DNA from: Chitinophagales bacterium
GTDB taxonomy: Bacteria > Bacillota > UBA5301 > DYFA01
DNA: 62,895 nucleotides
Assembly: GCA_050260095.1 (NCBI GenBank)
Contig: JBLNBQ010000180.1
Location: forward strand, 1-62,895
Direction of reading: 5' to 3'
Made by a program: the position numbers and the translations under genes
Part shown: positions 31,982 through 41,380 of the stretch, one piece after another
Layout of the letters: the number at the start of each line of letters is the position of its first letter
Position numbering within the stretch: the first letter of the stretch is position 1
The notes under the pieces: model-generated
The model's database searches: none
What the model saw: only the letters and a program-made list of their open reading frames with translations
What the model was told of the DNA's origin: nothing

Positions 31982-32728
31982 TCACATTTGTCGCGGCTCT
32001 GCCCCCCACTTGAGTTCGAAGGTGGGATGGTCGACCCGGGGGTCGGCGGCCGCCAAGAGTTGGCTTATCGTGACGAACTCGTAGCCGCGGTCCTTGAGGC
32101 CCTGGATGATCAGGGGCAGGGCCTCCACGGTGCGCGTCCGGTCGAGCCGGCCGTCGTGCAGCAGGATGATCGCCCCCGGGCGCACCTGGTCGATGGTCCG
32201 GCGGGCCATCGCCTGAACGGTCAGGGCATGACGGTTCTCCACCGTGGCCGACCACATGACCACCTTGTAGCCTGCATCTTTCGCCACCTGGAAATCCACC
32301 CAGGTCAGATAGCCCCGCGGCGGGCGAAAGTACTGCGGGCGCCGGCCGGTGACGGCGTAGATCTCCTGCTCCGCCCGGGTGATCTCTCGCCGGAGCCCTT
32401 CCGGCGAGAGGGTCTCCAGGTCGGGGTGGGTGAAGGTATGGTTGCCGAGTTCGAACCCGTCCCGCACCTCGCGCTGGGCCAGGTCGGGGTGGCGGGCCAC
32501 GTTCTCCCCGACCACGAAGAAGGTGGCCGGAACCCGTTCCCGCTCAAGGACGCGCAAGATGCCGGGGGTGAAGCGGGGATCGGGGCCGTCGTCGACCGTC
32601 AGGGCCACGACCGGCGCCTCGGTGGGCGCCCGGTAGATGAGGGACGAATCCTGGCGCAGCATGGCCTGGAGCCGGACGCTCCACTCCTCCAGGCTGGCGG
32701 CCGCGCCGCGGCCGCCGGAGCCCAGCAT
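31982..32728 (-). CDS. Polysaccharide deacetylase (NodB-homology)
   Basis: LTVDDGPDP, ATFFVVGENV, LGNHTFTHPDL, YFRPPRGY, IILLHDG. The first canonical start is the ATG at 32728, but the open frame continues upstream (see findings). Confidence 0.85.
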   Translation of the reverse strand: MLGSGGRGAAASLEEWSVRLQAMLRQDSSLIYRAPTEAPVVALTVDDGPDPRFTPGILRVLERERVPATFFVVGENVARHPDLAQREVRDGFELGNHTFTHPDLETLSPEGLRREITRAEQEIYAVTGRRPQYFRPPRGYLTWVDFQVAKDAGYKVVMWSATVENRHALTVQAMARRTIDQVRPGAIILLHDGRLDRTRTVEALPLIIQGLKDRGYEFVTISQLLAAADPRVDHPTFELKWGAEPRQM

Positions 32729-32771
32729 GAGCCCGGCGGCCAGCGTAAGGGCCGCGATCAGCGCGTGAAGG

Positions 32772-33695
32772 CTAGAGCGAAACCTTCGCCCAGGCCTCGA
32801 GGAGCGTCCGCTTGGCGTTGGCGATCACCACCTCGGGGGATTCGTCGCCGACCGGCTTCACCTCGAAGGCCACGACCGGGAGTTCCGCCTTGCCCTTTCC
32901 GAGGTAACCGATCTTGAAGAGCTGGGTCAGGAAATCGGCGACCTCCGGCACGTCGACGTCGCCGTTCGGGAACCCAAACCGCGGGTGCTGGTCGCCGTAG
33001 GCCGGCATCGCCGGATCCTTGGTGACGCAGTTGCCGATGTGCACATGCACCAGGTAGTCCTTGACGAGGGGCAGCGCCTCGGCGGCCGACTCGAACTGCT
33101 GCGGCAGGTGCGAGAGGTCCATCATCAGGCCGAAGTTCGAATGGCTGGCCCGGACGGCCTTCGCCACGGCCGCAGCCTCCCGCGCCGGTCCGATCAGCGC
33201 CTTCTTATCGATGGTGCGGTCGAACGTCTCCAGGATGATGTAGATGCCCTTCTCCTGGGCGTAGGCGCAGATCTGATTCAGGGAGTCGGTCAGGAGCGCC
33301 GTCGCCTTCTCGCGGTCGGCCTCGCCCGGGTCCTTGCCCGAGAGGAAAGCGACCTTGGTGATCCCCATCTCGGCCGCCATGTCGACCATGGCCTTGATCT
33401 GGTCGATGGCGATCTGGCGGGTCTCGGGGTTCAGGTTGTTGAGGTCGTAGCCGGTCGTGAGGAGCGACGGTTGCGCCCCGAAGCCGACCGTCATGTGGCT
33501 GGCGCGCAGCAGGTCGGCCACCTTCTTGCGCTCGGCGGGGTCCTTGACCCAGGTGATCTCGATGGCCTGGAAGAAGTCGTCTTCCACGATCTTCTTGACG
33601 TAGTCGGCGATCGGACCTTCGCCTTTCAGGCAGTTGGGATACGCCATGAACTGGACGATGCCAACCTTGAAGTAACTGCTGAGCGGTTCGTTCAT
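32772..33695 (-). CDS. Xylose-isomerase-like TIM-barrel protein (sugar phosphate isomerase/epimerase family)
   Basis: 307 aa: ...GITKVAFLSGKDPG...YIILETFDR...LMMDLSHL...LVHVHIGNCV. This is typical of the AP_endonuc_2/Hyi/IolE-like fold. Confidence 0.75.
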   Translation of the reverse strand: MNEPLSSYFKVGIVQFMAYPNCLKGEGPIADYVKKIVEDDFFQAIEITWVKDPAERKKVADLLRASHMTVGFGAQPSLLTTGYDLNNLNPETRQIAIDQIKAMVDMAAEMGITKVAFLSGKDPGEADREKATALLTDSLNQICAYAQEKGIYIILETFDRTIDKKALIGPAREAAAVAKAVRASHSNFGLMMDLSHLPQQFESAAEALPLVKDYLVHVHIGNCVTKDPAMPAYGDQHPRFGFPNGDVDVPEVADFLTQLFKIGYLGKGKAELPVVAFEVKPVGDESPEVVIANAKRTLLEAWAKVSL

Positions 33696-33827
33696 CTCTC
33701 AAACCTCCCGTTTGCGAAATTTTTCCTTGCCGCAGCCCCGCAATCCTTCAGGTAGAGACTGGTTCCCGTCCCAGGCATGCGAGGGCCGGGCCCGGTTGCC
33801 CGGGCCCGGCGGCGGGTGCTGTCAGGC

Positions 33828-34808
33828 TCACTTCCTGTATTCGGGGTTGACCAGGTTCGGGATGGGCTCCCCCTTCAGCATGGCCAGCAGGTTCCCAGCG
33901 GCCATGGTGGCCATCTTGGTCCGGGTCTCCACCGAGGCGCTGGCGATGTGCGGCACGACGATGACGTTGGGCAGCTCAGCCAGGCCGGGCACCATCTTCG
34001 GCTCATACTCGTAGACGTCGAGCCCCGCGCCGGCGATCTGCCCCTTGCGCAGCGCCTCGACGAGCGCCGCCTCGTCGACGACCGGGCCGCGGGCGGAGTT
34101 GATGAGGATGGCGGTCGGCTTCATGGTCGCCAGCTGCGGCGCGCCGATCAGGTGGCGAGTCGTCGCATCCAGGTTCACGTGGAGCGAGACAAAGTCGGAG
34201 ACGGCCAAGAGTTCCTCGAGCGGGCGGAACTCAACGCCGAGGCGCTCCTCTTCCTCGGGGGTCCGGCGCCGCGCGTCGTAGTAGAGCACCTTCATGTCGA
34301 AGCCCTTGGCGCGGCGAGCCATCGCCTCGCCGATGCGGCCGAAGCCGACGAGCCCCAGGGTCTTGCCGTGCACGTCCTGGCCGAGGAACATCATCGGCGC
34401 CCAGCCCTCGTACTTTCCGGCCCGCATGAACTGGTCGGCTTCGACGATCCGCCGGGCGGTCGACATGAGCAGCGTCCAGGCCAGGTCGGCCGTGGTGTCG
34501 GTCAAGACGCCCGGGGTGTTGGAGACGGGCAGGTGGCGGCGGGTGGCCTCCTCCACCACGATGTTGTTGAAGCCCACCGCGTAGTTGGCGATTCCCCGAA
34601 GGGTCGGCAACCCGGCGTCCATGACCTCGCCGTCGATGGTGTCGGTCAGGAGGCAAAGGAGACCGTCCTTGCCGCGCACGCCGGCGAGCAGCTCCTCCCG
34701 GGTGAGCACGCGGTCGTGGGGATTGAGATCCACTTCGCACTCGGCCCTGAGCATGTCGAGGCCGGGCGCCGGAATCTCGCGAGTGACGAACACCTTCCAC
34801 TTGGCCAT
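33828..34808 (-). CDS. D-isomer-specific 2-hydroxyacid dehydrogenase (glyoxylate/hydroxypyruvate reductase-like)
   Basis: VSNTPGVLTDTTADLAW, GKTLGLVGFGRIGEAMARRAKGFDMKVLYYD, INSARGPVVDEAALVEAL, AGLDVYEYEP, PHIASAS. ATG at 34808 follows AGGAGGAAG. Confidence 0.88.
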   Translation of the reverse strand: MAKWKVFVTREIPAPGLDMLRAECEVDLNPHDRVLTREELLAGVRGKDGLLCLLTDTIDGEVMDAGLPTLRGIANYAVGFNNIVVEEATRRHLPVSNTPGVLTDTTADLAWTLLMSTARRIVEADQFMRAGKYEGWAPMMFLGQDVHGKTLGLVGFGRIGEAMARRAKGFDMKVLYYDARRRTPEEEERLGVEFRPLEELLAVSDFVSLHVNLDATTRHLIGAPQLATMKPTAILINSARGPVVDEAALVEALRKGQIAGAGLDVYEYEPKMVPGLAELPNVIVVPHIASASVETRTKMATMAAGNLLAMLKGEPIPNLVNPEYRK

Positions 34809-34909
34809 GCAACTCTTCCTCCTTGCTGCTACTCCGCCACTGGGGCGACCGTCCGCACAGAGGACCGGCGGCAACCACTGGCGGGCTGTTCCAAGGCGAC
34901 GGCGGCCCT

Positions 34910-35845
34910 CTAGCGCTTGCGGGCCACCGCCCGCCGGGCGGCGTCGACGATCGCGCCGGCGGTCAGACCATACTTCTCCAGCAGCGCGCCATAGGGACCC
35001 GACTCTGCGAAGGTATCTCTCACGCCGACCCGCTCCAGGATGCACGGACGGCGCTCGCCAAGCACCTCGGCGACCGCGCTCCCTAGCCCGCCCATGATGT
35101 TATGCTCCTCGGCAGTGACGAGCGCCCCGGTCTGCTCGGCGGCCAGCGCCAGCGCGTCCCCGTCGATCGGCTTCAAGGTGTGGATCTCCAGCACGGCGGC
35201 GGAGACGCCCTCCGCCTCGAGCTGGGCGGCCGCCTCCAGCGCCGGGGTGACCATGAACCCGGTCGCCACCAGCGTCACGTCCCGGCCCTCGCGCCGGCGG
35301 ATGGCCTTGCCGATTACGAACGGATCAGGGGAGGCCGGCAGTTCCGGAACCTCGTTACGGTGCAGACGGAAGTAGACCGGGCCGTCCCAGGCGGCGATGG
35401 CGGGGATCGCCTCAGCGACCTGCTTGTTGTCGGAGAGCGAGAGGACCGCCAGGTTGGGCATGGCCCGCGTGACCGCGAGATCCATGATGTCCTGGTGCGT
35501 CGCCCCGTCGAAGGAGTCGGAGAGACCCGCATAGGCGCCGGCCACCTTGACGTTCAGCTTGGGGTAGGCGATCCCCGTGCGCAGCTGCTCGCCGGCCCGC
35601 AGGGTCAGCAGGAAGGAGAAGCTGTTGACGAAGGGGATCTTGCCGCACGAGGCCAGCCCGGCGGCCATGTTCATCATGTTGGCCTCGGCGATGCCGACGT
35701 TGAAGAACCGCTCGGGGAACCGGTCGGCGAAGATGTTCGACCGGGTGGACTTGGAGACGTCCGCGTCGAGCACCACGAGCCGTTCATCCCGCTCGCCCAG
35801 GGCGACCAGGGCCTTGCCGTAGGCCTCTCTCATCGTCATGCCCAT
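34910..35845 (-). CDS. Transketolase, C-terminal (pyrimidine-binding) subunit
   Basis: REAYGKALVALGE...FFNVGIAEANMMNMAAGLA...PFVNSFSFLL...GATHQDIMDLA. Confidence 0.9.
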   Translation of the reverse strand: MGMTMREAYGKALVALGERDERLVVLDADVSKSTRSNIFADRFPERFFNVGIAEANMMNMAAGLASCGKIPFVNSFSFLLTLRAGEQLRTGIAYPKLNVKVAGAYAGLSDSFDGATHQDIMDLAVTRAMPNLAVLSLSDNKQVAEAIPAIAAWDGPVYFRLHRNEVPELPASPDPFVIGKAIRRREGRDVTLVATGFMVTPALEAAAQLEAEGVSAAVLEIHTLKPIDGDALALAAEQTGALVTAEEHNIMGGLGSAVAEVLGERRPCILERVGVRDTFAESGPYGALLEKYGLTAGAIVDAARRAVARKR

Positions 35846-35848
35846 CGC

Positions 35849-36679
35849 CTATGCCCTCCCCAGCTCGGCCGCGGCCTTGGCGTACTGCTCCGCGTTGGGC
35901 GGGGCGCCGTGCCAGGCGGCCAGGTTTTCCATGAAGGAGACACCCTTGCCCTTGACCGTGTGCGCCAGGATGACCGTGGGGCGGCCCTTTACCGCCATCG
36001 CCTTGGCGTAGGCCTCAAGCAAGGCGGCGACGTCGTGCCCGTCGCACTCGATCACTTCCCAACCGAAGGCGCGCCACTTCTCCGGCAGCGGCCCCATCGG
36101 GAGAATCTCCTCGGTCGTGCCGTCCAGTTGGACGCGGTTCCAGTCGACGATCGCCGTGAGGTTTTCGAGGTGGTGGGCCGCCGCGTAGGCTGCCGCTTCC
36201 CAGTTCTGGCCCTCGTCGAGTTCGCCGTCGCCCAGGATGGCCCAGGTGCGGTACGACCGGTTATCCAACCGGGCCGCCAGCGCCATGCCGATGGCGGCCG
36301 AGAGGCCCTGCCCGAGCGAGCCGGTCGACATATCGACCCCCGGCGTCTTCTTCATGTCCGGATGCCCCTGAAGAATGCTGTCCATGTGCCGGAGGGTGGC
36401 GAGGGTCTCCTTCGGGAAGAAGCCCCGCTCGGCCAGGACGAAATAGAGGGCCGGGGCCGCATGCCCCTTGGCCAGGACCAGCCGGTCGCGGTCGGGCCAG
36501 TGGGGGTTTTGAGCATCGACGTTGAGGACCTGCCCGTAGAGAGTAACCAGGATTTCCGCGGCCGAGAAGGAACCGCCGATGTGGCCCGACTGGACCTTGA
36601 ACACCTGGTCCAGCACCGTCTGCCTGAGCCGGTGGGCCGTCTCCGCCAGCTGCTTGATGGTCTGCGCGTCCGCAACCAT
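35849..36679 (-). CDS. Transketolase, N-terminal (TPP-binding) subunit
   Basis: SGHIGGSFSAAEILVTLY...DRLVLAKGHAAPALY...LGQGLSAAIGMALA...ILGDGELDEGQNWEA. Confidence 0.9.
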   Translation of the reverse strand: MVADAQTIKQLAETAHRLRQTVLDQVFKVQSGHIGGSFSAAEILVTLYGQVLNVDAQNPHWPDRDRLVLAKGHAAPALYFVLAERGFFPKETLATLRHMDSILQGHPDMKKTPGVDMSTGSLGQGLSAAIGMALAARLDNRSYRTWAILGDGELDEGQNWEAAAYAAAHHLENLTAIVDWNRVQLDGTTEEILPMGPLPEKWRAFGWEVIECDGHDVAALLEAYAKAMAVKGRPTVILAHTVKGKGVSFMENLAAWHGAPPNAEQYAKAAAELGRA

Positions 36680-36753
36680 CGCTTGTCACCCCTTTCCTCG
36701 CGTGCAGGCCGCCGGGCCAGCCCGGCGGCCTCTGGTCTTCTCGCGCAAGTGAG

Positions 36754-37791
36754 TCAGTCCACCGGCTCCAGGAAGATCTTGAACCCTTCCTTGGCCTCGA
36801 ACCGGCGGAAGCCCTCCTGCCACTCGGTCAGCGGCAGGATGGTGGTGGCCAGCGGGCGGAGGTTGATCCGGCCCGAGGCCATGAACCGGAGGGCCTTGTC
36901 CCAGGCGGTCCAGATGGACCCGATCGAACCCGTGACCTTGGCCTCCTTGTAGCAGATCCGCTCGAAGTCGAGTTCGATCTTCTTGCCGAAGAGGCCCACC
37001 TGGGTGTACTGGCCCTGCCGGCGCACCAGATCCAGGCCGAGGTTCGCCCCGGGAGCCGAACCGGAGCACTCCAGCACCACGTCGGCGCCCTTGCCCCGGG
37101 TCAGGTCGGCGAGCACCTCGGCGGGGTTCTCGGTCAGCACGTCGACGGTGGTTTTGGCGCCGAGCTGGCGGGCCATCTCCAAGCGGGTGGCGTCCTTGGT
37201 GGTGCCGAGCACCACGACGTCCGCCCCCTCGGCCGCCGCGAGCTGCAGGCAGACCAGGCCGATGGGTCCGGGGCCGATCACGACTACAGTGTCTCCCCCG
37301 CGGATGTTGGTTAACTCATTCACCGCGTGCACGCAGCAGGCGGTCGGCTCCGTCATCGCCCCGAGCAGGAAATCGACGTTCTCCGGCAGGCGGTGCAGGT
37401 TGCGGGCCGGCACCACGGTGTACTTCGTGAAGACGCCGTTCACCCAGTAGCCAAGCGTCTTCCGCTCCGGGCAGACGTTGTAGAAGCCGGTCCGGCAGTA
37501 GGAACAGGTGTCGCACCGGATGACCGCCGTCTCCGAGGTCACCCGCTCGCCCACCTGCCAACCGGTTACGCCCTCGCCGAGTTCGGCGATGACGCCCGAG
37601 AACTCGTGACCGGTGATCACCGGCGGGCGGACGGGGATGGCGATGTCGGAGTGGAAGATGTGCAGGTCAGAGCCGCAGATGCCGGCGTACTTGACCTCGA
37701 CCATCACTTCGCCCGGGCCGGGCTTCGGGATCGGGGCTTCCCGGATTTCCATGTTCCCGGGGCCGGGAGCCGTCTTGAAGAGCGCTTTCAT
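36754..37791 (-). CDS. Zn-dependent alcohol/polyol dehydrogenase (MDR family, sorbitol/threonine dehydrogenase-like)
   Basis: GICGSDLHIF, GHEFSGVIAELG, structural-zinc CDTCSYCRTGFYNVC, VVVIGPGPIGLV. ATG at 37791 follows GGGAGG. Confidence 0.85.
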   Translation of the reverse strand: MKALFKTAPGPGNMEIREAPIPKPGPGEVMVEVKYAGICGSDLHIFHSDIAIPVRPPVITGHEFSGVIAELGEGVTGWQVGERVTSETAVIRCDTCSYCRTGFYNVCPERKTLGYWVNGVFTKYTVVPARNLHRLPENVDFLLGAMTEPTACCVHAVNELTNIRGGDTVVVIGPGPIGLVCLQLAAAEGADVVVLGTTKDATRLEMARQLGAKTTVDVLTENPAEVLADLTRGKGADVVLECSGSAPGANLGLDLVRRQGQYTQVGLFGKKIELDFERICYKEAKVTGSIGSIWTAWDKALRFMASGRINLRPLATTILPLTEWQEGFRRFEAKEGFKIFLEPVD

Positions 37792-37824
37792 CTTTGAACA
37801 ACCTCCCAAAAGGCGCGGGCGGGT

Positions 37825-38547
37825 TCACTCCTTGCCGAGGTAGGCCCGCTGCACCGATTCGTTGGCGATGAGGGAAGCCGCCTGGTCCACGAGCACGATG
37901 CGGCCGTTCTCCAGCACATAGCCGCGGTCGGAGATCTCCAGCGCGGCGAGGGCGTTCTGCTCGACCAGAAGGACCGTCACGCCCTCCTGCTTGATCTCGC
38001 TCACCGCCCCCAGCACCTGTTCGACCAGGAGCGGCGCTAGGCCGAGCGAAGGTTCATCCAGCATGAGCAGCTTCGGGTTGGCCATGAGGCCCCTTCCCAC
38101 CGCCAGCATCTGCTGCTGGCCGCCGGAGAGCGTCCCGCCCGCCTGCAGGCGGCGTTCCTTGAGGATCGGGAAGAGTTCATAGACCCAATCCATCTTCTCC
38201 GCCATCAGCTTCTGGTTGTTCCTCTGGGTGTAGGCCCCCATGAGCAGGTTCTCTTCCACCGTCAGCTTGGGGAAGATGTGCCGCCCCTCCGGGGTGCAGG
38301 AGATGCCCTGGGCGACGATGCGCGGCGTCGACAGCCCGTTGATCTTCCGCCCGGCGAAGATCACCTCGCCCGAGCACTTGACCACGCCCATGATGCTCAT
38401 CAGCGTGGTGGTCTTGCCGGCGCCGTTGGAGCCGATCAGGCAGACGACCTCGCCGGGGAAGACCTCGAGAGAAATCCCGTGCAGGGCCTTGATGTTGCCG
38501 TAGGAGGCGGAAACGTCGGTGAGCTTAAGCAACGGCTCTGCGGACAT
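37825..38547 (-). CDS. livF: Branched-chain-amino-acid-type ABC transporter ATPase LivF
   Basis: Walker A GSNGAGKTT, signature LSGGQQQML, Walker B LLMLDEPSLGLAP, C-terminal VQRAYLG. Confidence 0.88.
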   Translation of the reverse strand: MSAEPLLKLTDVSASYGNIKALHGISLEVFPGEVVCLIGSNGAGKTTTLMSIMGVVKCSGEVIFAGRKINGLSTPRIVAQGISCTPEGRHIFPKLTVEENLLMGAYTQRNNQKLMAEKMDWVYELFPILKERRLQAGGTLSGGQQQMLAVGRGLMANPKLLMLDEPSLGLAPLLVEQVLGAVSEIKQEGVTVLLVEQNALAALEISDRGYVLENGRIVLVDQAASLIANESVQRAYLGKE

Positions 38548-39317
38548 CAGGTGCGCAGCCCCCTTTCGCCGAGATACGCCCGGATGACTTCCGGGTTGCT
38601 CTGCACTTCGGCCGGCGTACCCTCGGCGATCTTCTTGCCGAAGCTGATGACGGTGACGCTGTCGGAGGTCGACATGACCATCCGCATCTTGTGGTCGACG
38701 AGGAGCACGGTGAGGCCCCGGTCGCGGATCCGCTTGATGAGCGCGCCCAGCTCCTGGGTCTCCTGCGGGGTCATCCCGGCGCCCGGTTCGTCGAGCAGGA
38801 TGAGTTCCGGCTCGGTGGCCAGGGCCCGGGCGATCTCGAGGAGGCGCTGCTGCCCGTAGGGGAGGGACTTCGCCCGCCAGTCGGCCTTGTCGAGCAGCCC
38901 CACGAAGTCGAGTTCCCGGTCAACCTTCTCCCGCACCGCCGCCTCTTCCTTGGCAACCTGCGGCAGCCGGAAGGTATTCTCCACGATGTTGGTCTTGGTG
39001 CGGCAGAACTGCCCCACCGCGACGTTCTCCCTCACCGAGAGGCTCCCGAAGAGCCGCAGGTTCTGGAAGGTCCGCGACATGCCCAGCGAAACCCGCTGGT
39101 ACGGGCGGAGCTTGTTGACCTGCTGGCCTTTGAAGTACACGCCGCCGCTCGTCGGGGGGTATACCCCGGTCAGCACGTTGATCAGCGTGGTCTTCCCGGC
39201 GCCGTTGGGTCCGATCACGGCCCGGATTTCGCCGCGCTCGACGCTCGTGTTAAGGGAGTCGATGGCGACGAGGCCACCGAACCGCATGGTCACGTCCTTG
39301 ATCTCAAGCAACGCCAT
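38547..39317 (-). CDS. livG: Branched-chain-amino-acid-type ABC transporter ATPase LivG
   Basis: GPNGAGKTT, LPYGQQRLLEIARAL, ILLDEPGAGM, C-terminal BCA_ABC_TP_C-like EVIRAYLG. Confidence 0.88.
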   Translation of the reverse strand: MALLEIKDVTMRFGGLVAIDSLNTSVERGEIRAVIGPNGAGKTTLINVLTGVYPPTSGGVYFKGQQVNKLRPYQRVSLGMSRTFQNLRLFGSLSVRENVAVGQFCRTKTNIVENTFRLPQVAKEEAAVREKVDRELDFVGLLDKADWRAKSLPYGQQRLLEIARALATEPELILLDEPGAGMTPQETQELGALIKRIRDRGLTVLLVDHKMRMVMSTSDSVTVISFGKKIAEGTPAEVQSNPEVIRAYLGERGLRT

Positions 39318-40284
39318 GGGTCTTCTCCTTTCTGCGGAACAGCCTGGCCACGGCTTCCACGAGGAGTTCCCACAAGCCGTAGAGGCCCGTCGGCCGGTAG
39401 ACGATGATGACGATGACGATGGCGCCGTAAACGGCCAGGTACCAAAGCTTCAGGAACCGGAGCGCTTCCGGCAGGAAAGTGAGGAGGACCGTCCCCATCA
39501 GGGCGCCCGGCAGGCTCCCCATGCCGCCGATGACCAGCATCATGACGAGCATCTGCGACCGCTCCAAGGCGTAGACCTCCGGGCTGATGTACTGCATCAG
39601 GGAGGCGTAGAGCCCGCCGCCGATGCCGGCGAAGAGGCCGCAAAGGACGAAGGCGAGGATCTTGAGGGAGGTCGAGTTGATTCCGATGGCCTCCGCCGCG
39701 AGTTCGTCGTCGTGGATGGCCCGCAGGGCCCGGCCGAACTTGGAGCCCTCGATCATCCGGGCGCAGAGCGTCAGGACGGCCAGAATCCCCAGGCAGAGGT
39801 AGTAGTACGGCTGGTTCTGGAGGAAGGTGAGCGGGCCGATGGCCGGCCGGGGCAGTCCGGCGATCCCGAAGACGCCGCCAGTGACCGGGGACCAGTTCAG
39901 CAGGATGAGGCGGACGATCTCACCGAAGCCGATGGTCGTGATGGCCAGGTAGAACCCTTTGAGCCGGAGGGTCGGGAAGCCGAGCAGGAACCCGACGAGC
40001 CCGACTCCCACCGCCGCCACGCCCATCGCGATCCAGAAGGGCATCCCCAACTTGGTGATGCTCAGGGCGAAAATGTAGGAACCGATGCCCCAGAAGGCGG
40101 CCATCCCCATGTGGAGCTGTCCGGTCAGGCCGAAGATAAAGTGGAGCCCCACCACCAGCACGCAGTTGATGATGGCGGTCATGAGGACGAACTTCATGTA
40201 GTTGTTGCTGATCAGCGGGTAGAGGGCGACCAGCACCGCGAAGACGGCGAGCAAGCTGAAATCGTTTATGCGCTTCTTCTGCAT
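39304..40284 (-). CDS. livM: Liv-type ABC transporter permease LivM
   Basis: 326 aa polytopic protein. GQLHMGMAAFWGIGSY and INSTSLKILAFVLCGLFAGIGGGLYA are typical of LivM. Confidence 0.85.
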   Translation of the reverse strand: MQKKRINDFSLLAVFAVLVALYPLISNNYMKFVLMTAIINCVLVVGLHFIFGLTGQLHMGMAAFWGIGSYIFALSITKLGMPFWIAMGVAAVGVGLVGFLLGFPTLRLKGFYLAITTIGFGEIVRLILLNWSPVTGGVFGIAGLPRPAIGPLTFLQNQPYYYLCLGILAVLTLCARMIEGSKFGRALRAIHDDELAAEAIGINSTSLKILAFVLCGLFAGIGGGLYASLMQYISPEVYALERSQMLVMMLVIGGMGSLPGALMGTVLLTFLPEALRFLKLWYLAVYGAIVIVIIVYRPTGLYGLWELLVEAVARLFRRKEKTHGVA

Positions 40285-40299
40285 CTCGGTCGCACCTCC

Positions 40300-41244
40300 T
40301 TACAAGCTCTCGATGACTTTCTTTCCGAAGATGCCCTGCGGTCTGAGCAGGAGGAAGATGATCAGCACCAGGAAGACGATGGCGTCCTTGTACACACTGG
40401 AGATGTAGCTGGCGGACATGACCTCGATCACCCCGACCAGCAGGCCGCCGACGACCGCTCCGATGACGTTGCCGAACCCACCCACGATGGAAGCGGTGTA
40501 GGCCTTGAGGCCCATGTTGCTCATCGCCTGCGAGACCAGGAAGATCGGCGCCAGGAGGACGCCGGCGATCCCGGCCAGGACCGAGGAGTAGGCGAAGGTC
40601 AGCGCGATGACGCCCGGGGTGTTGATGCCCATGAGACTGGCGGCCAGCCGGTCCTGGGCCACGGCTCGCATCGTGCGGCCCAGGGTGGTCCGGTTGAAGA
40701 AGAACCACTGGAGCACGAGGAGCACGGCGGTGAAGGCGAAGATGAAGAGGTACTGGTAGAGCACCGTGACCGAACCGAGGTTGAACAGGTGGAACTTGAG
40801 CCATTTCTGCCCGAAGAGGCCCGACGCCGGCACGGGGTACGTGCCCCAGGCCACGATGGCGAAGTTCTTGAGGAAGATCGAGAGCGCGACGGTGGAGAGA
40901 AGAACGGTGCGGGGATGCGCATCGCGCAGCGGGTAGTACACGATCCGCTGCGCCACCATGCCGATGATGGCCATCGCGAGGGCGGCCAGGCCCAGGGAGA
41001 GCCAGAACGCGGCGACCGGCCCCACCCCGGAGAGCCAGGAGACCTTGACGAACGCCGGGATGAACGAGGCCGCATACAGGTAGGCCCCGACCATGACGAA
41101 GTCGCCCTGGGCCAGGTTGACGATGCCCACGGCGTTCCAGATGAAGTTGTAGCCCAGGGCGACCAGGCCGTAGATGCACCCGTAGGCCAGGCCGGAGATC
41201 ATCTGCTGGACCATGATGGGAAGCTGAAGTGCCAGATTCTCCAT
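40300..41244 (-). CDS. livH: Liv-type ABC transporter permease LivH
   Basis: MENLALQLPIMVQQMISGLAYGCIYGLVALGYNFIWNAVGIVNLAQGDFVMVGAY... ATG at 41244 follows GGAGATTGGG. The upstream 174 aa of the tracked ORF are low complexity. Confidence 0.85.
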   Translation of the reverse strand: MENLALQLPIMVQQMISGLAYGCIYGLVALGYNFIWNAVGIVNLAQGDFVMVGAYLYAASFIPAFVKVSWLSGVGPVAAFWLSLGLAALAMAIIGMVAQRIVYYPLRDAHPRTVLLSTVALSIFLKNFAIVAWGTYPVPASGLFGQKWLKFHLFNLGSVTVLYQYLFIFAFTAVLLVLQWFFFNRTTLGRTMRAVAQDRLAASLMGINTPGVIALTFAYSSVLAGIAGVLLAPIFLVSQAMSNMGLKAYTASIVGGFGNVIGAVVGGLLVGVIEVMSASYISSVYKDAIVFLVLIIFLLLRPQGIFGKKVIESL

Positions 41245-41380
41245 ACCCAATCTCCTTAACTGCTGGCCGGGCGGAACGCGTGAGGCGGACCGTCGCAGCC
41301 GAAGATTTCGCGGTGTACGCCCTGCTCTGCTCCAGTTCAAACCTGGATGGGCCCGGCTCCTTCCCTTCGACCTCCCCCTT

